DNA from: Trichinella spiralis
Taxonomy: Eukaryota
Assembly: GCF_000181795.1 (NCBI RefSeq)
Contig: NW_003526943.1
Span: 2,737,666-2,801,665, forward strand
Direction: 5' to 3'
Length of the DNA stretch: 64,000 nucleotides
Part shown: positions 53,201-64,000 of the stretch, in pieces
Position numbering within the stretch: position 1 is the first letter of the stretch
Layout of the letters: each line of letters opens with the position of its first letter
Notes under the pieces: model-generated
Databases searched by the model: none
Told to the model about the DNA's origin: nothing
Seen by the model: the letters and a program-made list of their open reading frames with translations, nothing else
Translations under genes and position numbers: made by a program

Positions 53201-56200
53201 AACAATTAAAAAAAGAGGGAGGGAGGAGGAAGAAAAATAGTAATGAATAAATAATGTTCAAGTTGGAAATTATTTATTTATTATTTACTGGCAGTGTTGT
53301 TCGAATTTGAAAGTTCGAGGAAATTCTGGTTTTCAAGTGTTTGTTCATTTATTGTTACAGCGAAGAACTACTGCATGATGGTGATCATGAGCAGCTATCG
53401 AATATAATGAATAAAATTGAAATTTGTTTTTGTAAAAATATGTGATTAATAAAAATATGAAAGTTTATTATTATTATTATTGTCATATGTTGTTGGTGGA
53501 TTTGATTTTGTTGAGAGGGGAGAAATAAAAAATTGTTGTTTCATTTTCCAAACAAAGCTTTTTCACAAGTTAGCTTGCTTGCTTGTTTGTTTGGTGGATT
53601 TGCAGAAATTTTTTTTATCGATCAGTAAGCAGTAGTCGAGTTTCCAGAGAGTGTGTTCAAAGTGTTTGGTCGGTATAATCGCCTGCCGGGAACCAACCGC
53701 TTGTCAGTTTCAGAGAAAGCAGCGAAATCAGAATCTATTTCAGAAAAGCGAATATCTATACTGTATGTTGTCATGCAATCACGGTTGAACATGCCATTTA
53801 ATATTATTTCATTCTCTTCTTCTGGCATTTAACTTAGCAAGCAGCGTCTCTTATATTTCGGCGATGGTGATCAATTTTTTTCAGCTTTTCCTTTTTTTGC
53901 CCTCCCCCTTATTTTATGGAGAAAAGTGATTTTTCCCAGTAAACAATACCTTAAATCGGGCAAGTAAGCTGTGCTGCTGGTCATACTGGTTGTTTATTTG
54001 ATTATCATTGTCGTCGTCGTTGTTGTTCCCATTATTTCATTTCTGCAATTTGAAAAAAAATTTTCTTTTCTTCAGATATTTATTAAACAATTTTATTATT
54101 TTTTCAACCTCGACTACTTGAGATACACAGTTGTACGTTCTTGTGCAACATGATTGAATATAGCATTGAAATTCTTCTTCTTTTCTATTTTCATTCATTT
54201 CAATTGCCTGCATAAAATAGTCAATTAATTATAAGTAAGTTGTAAATAATTATTTATTAAAGGGAAAATTTTTATTTAACAGAAAACAAAACATAGTATT
54301 AAGAAAATAGGTATAGTAGGAATTTTTTTTAATATTTCAAGTGTTGAAGAATTTGTAAAGGTAAAGGCACTTTTGTTCATGCAAAATCGGCAAATTGTTT
54401 CAGATGCGGATGCAAAAGATGTTTGTTTAATTGTAATTCGAGATGCATGAATAAAAATGCTGACGTCGATGCTATTGCGCAAACGGTGCATTAATATAAT
54501 AATAGTATCCAGTAATATAAATAATATTTATTAAAACAGCATTTGCGATTAAAATAACAATATAAAAATCTTGCTTTCTATCATTTTTCTTTAAAGTGCC
54601 ACTTTTGCAAGCTGCTCATATTTCTGTTTGTTTATTTTAATGGTAATGCTAGATATGTTATAATTTGTCATTTCTAATCAGATGTTGGTTGTAAATTTGA
54701 AATTGAGAAATCAACAAACCTTCTGATGATCTGATAAGTTTTATTGAAAACTGAAAGCAAAAAATTAAATCTGAAAAATTTTTATTAATTTTTAAATTTG
54801 CAATTGTTAGATTGTTTTGATTGGATAAAAAAATAAGCAACATGCTTTGTGCAGTAGCAATATTTTTTTCTAATAGTTTGAATTTGATTTTCTCATTTAT
54901 TCGTTTTTATCATAAGGCAGTGCAAATGACATTGTTCATTTAGTCATATGATCCATTAGTGTAGATAGAATTCATTTGATGAACAGACAGAGTACTTTTT
55001 TTTAAATTTTAAAATTGTTTCAGAAGGTGAAATTGTTTTTATAAATAGAGTCGTTGTTGATTGATTTTCGACAGAATGCTTCAAGTGAGTCCAGTTTGGC
55101 TAAATAGCCCGTTGCTTGTGGCATGCTACATGCTAACCCGTATGATTTGTTTTTGTTTATTCCTGTTGATTTTTCCAGTATTCCTATCTGAGATTTTGAG
55201 CGGCAGCTTTACAAAACATTGTATGTGTATGTGCTTGTGCACAATGAGGATGTGTTTATGGAAATTTCCTTAATTTACAGCCAAATTCTTTTTTCTTGTA
55301 CAAGTTTTTTTTCTTTTACTTTGAAAGAAAATACTGAAAAAAATTTTCACCGTCAACATCAGTTTAGCTTTGAATTAATTAGCTGTATGTGTGTTATAAG
55401 TGTATAAAATGGAAGCATGTTGAGAAGTTTAAAAGTATTCAGTTTAGATATTACATTTAAGCGACAAATAATATTCAAATAATGAAACGCGTGAGAAATT
55501 ACTTTATTATTTTATTTTTGTAATTCATTAATATTCAGAAACTCATGCAGACTTTATTTTACTGCGATGGATATTTCATGTGAAAGGCATGTTTTACTTT
55601 TCTGACAAATTGGAATTTCATTCTCTTGTCCAAGTTTATCATTCATTTATGACGCTAATGTGGAATTTTGTCAGAGAGAGTGTGTGTTTTTATTTTAATC
55701 AAATTTGACGTTTGATCATAATGTTGTTAGTGCACTTGGAGGAACTTTAGTGTTTGCTGAATCGATGAGGTAAAATTTTTGAAAATGAACAAGATTTTTA
55801 TTCGTTTTAGCGTTCCTTGCAGTGCTCGCATTCCAGTGCCTCCAGGAAAAGACCAAATCCTTAGTCCCCCGTTTGTGCGCTACCGTCAGCAAGGAAATCG
55901 TGAGAAACGAATAACTCGTTTCATTAATTTTTACAATTCTTGCCAGGTAATAATTCATAGCTGATATGAGTTTGTTTTACATGTATATTTATTGTATTTT
56001 TGTCAGGACCAAGTAGATAATTTTACAAGTGAAGCGTGCTCACCGTCGCCCAGCTGCAGTTCGAGCTTTTCTGATTCGTCTTGTGCCAAACCGACAACGT
56101 TGTCACCGTGTTCTGATTCCACGTCGAGGTCGGACACTGTCTACCGCGAAGGTATACTGTACCACAAGCAAGTTGCCGTGGAGAACGGTCGTCGGGCGCA

Positions 56201-58743
56201 CGATCGGTCATGGCAACTTTATTGGGCATTTTTGATCGACCATCGCATGTACCTCTGTCCGGAGAAGCCAATGCTTGCCGTACCCCCAACTGCGCTCAGT
56301 TTTGACAAAGTAATATAATATTAAATTAATTCCTTTTTTTTCTTAAATAAAATTTATGTTCCGTTGTAGGTGGCGAACTTTGTTCGAGAAAAAGCGGCAC
56401 TGTTGATCGACGTTCGTTCGTGCATTGCTGACATTGCCTATAGTCACTTGAAGCGGAAGAATGTATTCCGCTGCATCACGGTGAACCAGTCGGAGCACTT
56501 GTTCCAAGCGATGGATGAGAAAGATATGATTGGTTGGATTGCCGCATTGCAATCGTGTGCAGTGATCGAAGAGACGGTATTTATTGGTTGTTTTTGTTTT
56601 TGTTTTTTACAAAAATTTTACATTATATATAATACACGTAAATAACTCGTTTCCAATTGCATGCGTGATGTATGTAGTTTATTTTGAAATGATGGAGTAG
56701 AAATCTTATTGTTGTTGCACAGTACAATATTACTACTATTCAGCCCCGGTGATTGTTCCTCTCTTCACGGTGAAGCAGTTTCTGTTATTTCAACTTGGCA
56801 AGATTTCAGAAAGCAGATTGATTTTTTCTTTTGTTTATTTGTTGTTTTGATTTAAAATTTTAAAAATATTTTTACCAATAATTAAGTGAAAAACGCTTGT
56901 ACAAATGATAAACAGTTTGACTTTGTAAATAATTAATTTTCTCTTTGCTTTGCTAACTGTACAAAAAAGCGAGACCGTTGATGGAATTTAAGAGAGCATT
57001 TCGCAAGCGATGTAATCAAATGGAGCTAAGTGGGTGAAAACGATTATTGCAAATTGAATTCAGTTACGCTGAGTATCATTTTTTAACCGAGGAAAAATGT
57101 CAAGCGAGAGAGAGGCCACAATCGAATAATTATAAGTATTGTTCATCATCACTGGAAGTTTTTTCAAACTCCTTCAATTTCTGTCGGCACATATTTCATT
57201 CACACGTGCAAGTTATGTTTTGATAAGCATTATAATTTTAAATATTATTTCAGATTTTAGAATGCAACGATTTTTATTTTTCTTCTTCATCTTGTTATTT
57301 TTCAATTTGAAATAAGGATTTGTAGTTTTCTTTTTGGCAAACAAGTAATCAGTTCGTTTATTGTAATGAGAAAGATATACATGCGCATGCGTGTTGAGAG
57401 TAAATACAAAAAACATATTATCATTGTTATTATTATTAATATTAAAATTTCAATGTATAGTTGAATATGGGAACGTTGCTACTTATCTTTGACGGTGGTG
57501 TGTGATTTCAAAATAATGATGATCAGGTGTTGATGGTAAATTGTTCAAAAGAAAAATAAAGATAAGCAAGCAGCAAATAAATAATAATTGTTTGTAATAT
57601 TTGATTATTAAAGATTTTTCGGTAATGCAGTTTCATTGTACATGTGTTGCGAGAATTGATTTTCTTATTGACTTTTCAGTCAAGTCGAAAAGTATTTTCA
57701 ATAAGGTTATGCGCGGTGTTCCATCTCAGAGATGTGCGATTTTGTTCAAGGCATGCTAATGCATGCTTTACAGTGAATGGGGGTGTGGTGGGCATGTATG
57801 CGTCATCCAGAGTGAAAAAAAGTGAACTAGTGATGGTTTATTTGGCGTTTTCTTGAACAGATTTTCATATTTTCGAACGATTTGTGTTCATCGTATTTAT
57901 CATGGCTTGCTTCCATGAAGCTGCTTTTCCGTTTTGGCTGATGATGACGACATTTTGCACAAACAGCACGTTGATTTTTCAATGAGGGCTGACGATTGGC
58001 TGAGTGTGGCGGTTAGTTGACTTGCCTATTCATCGTCTGTGCCGGTCATCGATTTCTGCGGTGCCGTTGATTCGTAATGTCGTCAGGACTCTTTTGACGC
58101 ATTCATCTTGACCACTACCAATACTATTAGTAGTAGTAGTAGTAGTAGTAGTAATACTAGTACTACTACGGCAGTAGCAAGCAGCTGCAGCTGCTGATAT
58201 CGATGTTGATTTGTGTGATGTTGTTGTTGTTGTTGTTGCTGTTGTTTCTTTATTTTGAAAAGCTGTTCGTTCGTCTTGCGGTAAATCATATCTGTAAGCT
58301 GATTTGATAATTTTTGCACACTGCCCGACGTTATGAAAATGTAAAACAGCTGATTATTGCTTATCGAAGCTAAGCGATTCACAATGGAGCTGACGATTTC
58401 AGCCGACCTTGGGCGATCAAGAGGGAGAGACAAGGACGTGTTTGGTCGATATTGTGTTTTGCGTTTTCTACAATTTACTATAGAACGGGTGCTTTTGTGC
58501 GAAATGGCTAACCTGCATTTTGACACCGGTTATAGGGGGCGGTGGCCGAAATCGTCAGCTATTCAAAATGAGCTGCTATTTTCTCTGTGTCTCTTTTTCT
58601 CTGTTCCATTCTTCTATGTGTATTAAAGCCTGCTTGCTTGCTAGGAGAGGAGCTCGATTCTATACGTACATGAATTGTTATGAGTGCCTGTGTGAGCATA
58701 TTCATGAACTCATTCACAACTGCACTCCAATGAACCAGTTTCC

Positions 58744-58781
<38 letters not shown>

Positions 58782-61700
58782 GGTTGGTTGGTATGCTTGC
58801 ATTGTCACTGACTTTGTTTGTCTTGGTGTGAAAGTATCTATTTCTGCGCTTGTTAAAGTTGTTGGATCTTTGATTATTTCTTGATCACATTTAACAAATG
58901 TAAAATGACAGTCAATTGTGATTTGTTTTTCTTTCCATTAATTTATTATAAGACAAAGGTTACAATATTCCGCTACTGTTCGAAAATGCCAACTCGGTTC
59001 TTTTCAAACTTGGATCCTAATTATGGTAGTTATGATCATCAATCATTTGGTTGTTGGTTTATGATTTGCTAGTCGATAGGGGCTTCTAACACTGCTATGT
59101 ATATCACTGCACTAGTTTGAATAATAACAGTGTTGGTAGCATCAGAAATAGTTGTATCAGTATTGCTAGTTTAGTAGTGGTGGGAATGAGTGTATGTGTG
59201 TGTGTCTGTGTGTGTGTGGTTAGTAGTAATGCTAATACCAGAGCGCCATCTTTTTCTTCTCTGCCCGGACATGCCTAATCGATAGTGAAGTGAAAGCGAG
59301 TTTATGGTGAACCAATGTTTCCAGGAAACGGTGTCTCCGAGCAGTTTGGCTTTGATCATCAAACATTACGAACGGCAGTCGCATTCGTTGTCACCGTCGG
59401 TGAAGCTGAAAAAACCGACCACCCTACATCGAGTGGTCACCGCAGCCAAAGAGCGCAACACTGCTGCTGCTACTAATGCCAGTCTAATGGACGATGCAAG
59501 CCATGACCAGCAGACAGCGACCGACTTGAACAGAGACGAAGCTTCAGCCGTTGTTGCCAGCTCGTCATCGTCTTCATCGTTTGGTCAACTTGCCCATTCT
59601 AAATTGGAAAAAGGTACAAAAATCCATCATCAGTTATTATTTATTGGAATTTTAATAAAAACGATCTTATTGTTCAGGTGAAGCAACGTTGAAAAAAGTG
59701 AAAAAATGGTGCAAAACCAGGAAAGCTGCCGCTGGACCGGCAGCAGTTGTTTCTTCTCAAGTCAACAACCCGAAAGTGAACGCCGTTTTCGGTATCAACT
59801 TGGAAGAATGCGTTACAACTGGAGAAACAGATGTACGTATATATATTTTTTTTATTTATTTGTACTTTTTTTTTGTAAATTACTTATTTTTTCTTCTCTT
59901 ATATTATATATTAGAGTTTTGATTGATCGAATGATTGATTGATTGATTTATTAATTTATTTTTATATTAATCGACTCTACGTTTTTATTTCGTGAATTTA
60001 TATTCATCTGAGTTGAGTTGTAAGTTAACTTATATACACTTAACAACAACAGTGACAATATACATTGATTGGAATCGGTGGATTTGTTGTTGTTGGCGAT
60101 ATTGTTGTAGATGTTGTTTCGTGTAAGCATAAAAGACGAAAAAAAGTGACGATGAATCATGCTTGGGCATTAATGAGCTGATTGATCGATGCAGTTTTGA
60201 AAGCAACGAACGCCTTCTATAATTAGTGTCTTTCAGTTGGCAACAGAACTTGTAACATCTATCTCATCATCAGTTTTGGCTAATTTCGATTCAGATGAAG
60301 TTGCGCCTAATCAGCGCCAGCCAACGCGAACGATAGATATTTAGATATATACTTTCTTTCATGTAATATTTTAAATTTAAACGGAAAAGAAAAATCCATT
60401 TTGAAAGATTTTCTAATTTTTTTTCCTCAAAATGCAATTCATATATTTAATCTGTAGCTTGTATTTTCTTTTTACTGCTCTTTATTTGCGGTTGTTGTTG
60501 TAATAATTATTTAAAATTTGCTCCTACTAACGACCACTTTGTTCTGCTTGTTTTCTTTTTCTGTTTCACTTTTCTCCTTATTCTTCTCTTTTTATACGGA
60601 AGATATTTAATAATTTTCTACAATGACGAATCAAGTTTCAAATTAGTGTCTTTTTATATTCACGTGGGCATAGAAAACATTTCTTCTGCTTGAAATTGAG
60701 CTAATTGTGATGAAGCCGGTTTGCTTTGAGTGATGTGATGCGAAGCGAGTGAAGGCGGAAATTTCACTTCTTCACCGTTGTTGGGTTGTGCAACCGAACG
60801 TGATTTATTCTATTCTACTTCAACAACAATATTGGATGTTCTAAATTATTATTATAATTAAAAATAACTCTTGTATATTTCAGATAAGAAATATTTAAAA
60901 TTGAGATTGGGATTTGCAAACAGACAAATTTATTATTGTTGAAATGTTATATTTTCTTGATAAATGAGAAGAATGAAATTATGTGCTTGCTAATGAAAGC
61001 TTTTCTTGTTTTTATTATTAATTTATGTTCTTTTTTTCTTTATTTTAGTTCGTCCCGCTTATAGTTCAGCTTTGTGTCAAAGTGGTCGAAGCGTATGGAT
61101 TGGATACAGTTGGAGTGTATCGAATTCCTGGCAACACTGCTGCTGTGAATACTTTGTCCGCCAATTTGGACCAAGGATTTGAATTTGTAATTTATTAATT
61201 TTTTTGAATCAGTTTTTAAATTATGTAATATTATATTAAGTGTTGTATTAATATTTGAGGTCGAATTTGACGATATTCGATGGCGAGATGTGAATGTCGT
61301 TAGCAGCCTTTTGAAAGCCTTTTTTCGCAAACTGCCTGATCCGTTGTTGACGAGCGCACTTTATCGTGATTTTATCGAAGCTAATCGGATCGAATCTCTA
61401 GAATCTCGTTTGAAAGTTTTTCGCGAATTGGTAAATAGAACTTAAATATTATCATTAAATTTCTGGGTTCGGTGTTCAAATGGATTACATTTAAAAATAA
61501 ATTTCAAATTTAGATCTTCAAACTTCCAAAACATAACTTCGAAACGCTCAAATTTTTACTGCAGCATCTCAAACGGGTTGTGGCGCACAGCTCGGTGAAC
61601 AAAGTATATATTATTTTGTTTTAATTTTATTTTTTAAATATTTTTCTTTATTTAAATTTAATTTTGTAGATGGAAGTGAAAAATTTAGCACTGATGTTTG

Positions 61701-63158
61701 GCCCATCGCTTGTACGCCCTAGTGGTGAGAACATGGTCACTATGGTCACTCATATGTCTGATCAGTGTAAAATAGTCGAGCTCCTTTTGTCGCACGTAAG
61801 ATTTTTTGTTTTCTCGAGATGTCCTATTAATATTGTACCGATTATTATTATTATTATTATAAATATTTCTTTTGGTTTACAGAGTGACTGGATATTTGGA
61901 CCAGATTGGTCAGCAAGTCTTGACAATCAGTCAGAATTGACCAAATCATTAGATCATTCTTCTTCAAATGTGGGCGAGTTGTTGAATTTGATTCATCATT
62001 CAGAAAAAGGTAGATATGTTTTTCCTTTTCTGTTCATTTATTCCGTAATTTTTTTTCACAAAATAAATGTGCTTGATTAGTTAATGGGAAGGGGGGCTGG
62101 CTGTATTTTGTCCACGCGAGCTCTTCTCCTCTGATCAATCAGTGCCTTTATATTTAATGTTGCTAACTTTAAATGATGAAAAATTATCGATTTTCAATGT
62201 AAATTTGAGAAAATTTGCAAAAAAGCGAAAATGATGCAGTTTATATTTTATATTAAAATTATAAATTATTTCCTTTATTTTAAATTAATTTTTTGGTGGT
62301 TAATTTTTCTTCGGTTGTTTTTATGATATGTTTTTCTGAATACAGACAAATTCTATGACGTATTGTCTATTTGTCATGGCTGCAGTGATCATATGCAATA
62401 TATATACGTATAACATATACCTGGGGTGTTGAAAAATATCTCTATTTACCAGAAAAGATTTGATGAAAAATTAGAATTTATCTTTTTCAGAATTTTCATA
62501 TATTGCTGTATTTTGTTATGAATTGATTTTGAGCATTATTCTTATTAACGAATTTATCAACAAACGGAAATGCTTCATTATGGATTTTTCCAGTATGTAT
62601 TTATCAATTTTAAGTTTGACGAAGAAAAACGTATAAAAATTCATTCTCGTCTGTGTGGAAAAAGAAATTAACGAAAAGGACAGCGAAGTAAGCAGCTGGA
62701 GACAGACATCTTTGCTGATGTAGATGTTGTTGATTGAGGCAAATTTTTAAATTCATTCATCACAGTTGTTTCAATATATTCCATCAGTTTTGTCTTTTCT
62801 GAATAGAAATAATTGTCTGTGACGAAACTGTTTGAAGATGGTGCTGAAAGCAGTGATTAATTGACAACAAGTTGAGAGAGTTGGTTCACAATAATCAGAA
62901 ATACAATCTAACTAACTTCTTGAGTTATTATTCCTTGATTGCGGTTGTAGTGGAGAAAAATTATTTTAAATAATAGAAAAACACGTGTTATTTGTAAGCA
63001 AAAAAAGAAGAATTGAACCAAGCACAGTAGCACAGAAAACAGTAGTCAGACGAAGTGATTAAATGAAATGGAGGAGGGTTTCTGTGAAAGTTGAAAAATT
63101 AGCTTTAACTGAAAGAAAAATCCCATTTTTTCCATCATTGGAGAATGATTGGAGAGTG

Positions 63159-63191
<33 letters not shown>

Positions 63192-64000
63192 ATTCAGCGA
63201 ATCGAAGAGGAAATAGTAAGTAAGTTCAATTCAATTTGACCATCTTCTCAATGATCGTTGAAGCGCGCAATCAAGCTTCAACGCATTCACCATTTGCAGA
63301 CTTGAATGAACTAATCTATATTCGCGTGGAAAAATTGATCCACAATTTTCCAAATGCCATTCTGCATGTAAGCTTTATCAATCAACAAACAGCCGAGCGG
63401 CTATTTAACATCATACTCTACCTACTACGTACGTGCAGCATTTGTCAATAGATGTGAATGAAAATCATCATATCCAATCAAACAACCAGGGAATAGAGGG
63501 AGGAGAAGAAGGAAATTGCATTGTTTTTTCTTTTGAAATGTTTTTTTTGCAGTTTTAGATTTAGGAGTTGAAATTTCTAGAAATACAATCTCAGTAGAGT
63601 TCTGAAAAAAATTCCCTTTCATTCAAATGGAACTGATTTGTATACTTTTGTATTGGATAATAATATTTTAAAAAGTGAGAAGAAATTGGGAAAGAATTGG
63701 TGGTGCAGTGTTTATTTTATATTGGAAGAAATTGAATTCTTTCTTGTTCGAATGAAATAATTGTTGCTGTTGTAGATTTAGACAAGGTGAAAGAAAATTT
63801 GGCTAGAAATTTGCAAAATGTGAAAATGGTAAAAAGTGGCTGTTTGGCACCGTCATCAACAGCACAAGCGATTCAACAACCGCAACAGTGCTTCACTACA
63901 GCTGATTATGACGAAAGGAATATCGACGAGGAGGTGGCAAGGGCGGAACGGCTTCATTCGTTGAGTGTTGAATGTTGCACCCCGTCGTTGTTGAACAGCC
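44240..64000 (+). CDS. pac-1: PH + RhoGAP protein of the ARHGAP21/23 (PAC-1 / RhoGAP19D) family; 3' end lies beyond the window
   Basis: Phase-compatible exons ~44240-45278, 52279-52534, 55811-55946, 56007-56309 and 56370-56576 ([11 protein letters not shown]...[14 protein letters not shown]...[14 protein letters not shown]...DMIGWIAAL), 59324-59613, 59678-59832, 61048-61187, 61260-61431, 61513-61603, 61670-61795, ~61883-62009 and 63776-end. GAP motifs are GVYRIPGN (Arg finger intact), [22 protein letters not shown] and [19 protein letters not shown]. Confidence 0.9.
58124..58246. repeat. (TAG)n / (CTA)n / (TTG)n trinucleotide cluster in a RhoGAP intron
   Basis: tagtagtag..., tactactac and tgttgttg... 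runs are directly visible. Confidence 0.85.
58745..58792. repeat. (TAGT)n-(TGGT)n tetranucleotide microsatellite
   Basis: About nine TAGT units followed by three TGGT units. Confidence 0.9.
63159..63191. repeat. (TTG)n microsatellite
   Basis: About 11 TTG units. Confidence 0.9.

Noticed and set aside
58083..58526. 147-aa minus-strand ORF with poly-Q and poly-L
   Set aside because: Produced by trinucleotide microsatellites inside an intron.
58745..58792. (TTAG)n considered as an interstitial telomeric repeat
   Set aside because: It is a 4-bp unit, not TTAGG or TTAGGC; an ordinary microsatellite.
1..64000. CRISPR arrays, prokaryotic defence systems, tRNA/rRNA genes and U12-type introns
   Set aside because: No repeat-spacer arrays or recognisable RNA genes were seen, and all intron donors I examined are U2-type GT with no RTATCCTT. 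An Rfam scan would be needed to exclude snoRNAs.

Overview
AT-rich eukaryotic genomic DNA with many short (about 50-80 nt) GT-AG introns. Gene content and intron style suggest a nematode, most likely clade I (Trichinella-like); this is inference. The ORF track only shows exon fragments, so I spliced the genes by hand. Plus strand: LIS1/PAFAH1B1, then intronless MRPS17 and POP1, which are separated by an operon-like spacer, and a large ARHGAP21/23 (PAC-1-like) PH-RhoGAP gene running off the right edge. Minus strand: a two-exon pigment-dispersing factor (PDF-1) neuropeptide precursor that is absent from the ORF track, a four-exon secreted Dickkopf-like protein, ARL5, MED7, a secreted trypsin-fold protein with all three catalytic residues replaced, and cyclin K. 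The most notable items are the Dickkopf-like gene (a family absent from C. elegans and Drosophila), the hidden PDF gene, the pseudo-protease, the MRPS17-POP1 intercistronic signals and a candidate alternative ARL5 exon. I recognised no prokaryotic systems, CRISPR arrays, tRNA/rRNA genes or intact transposons.
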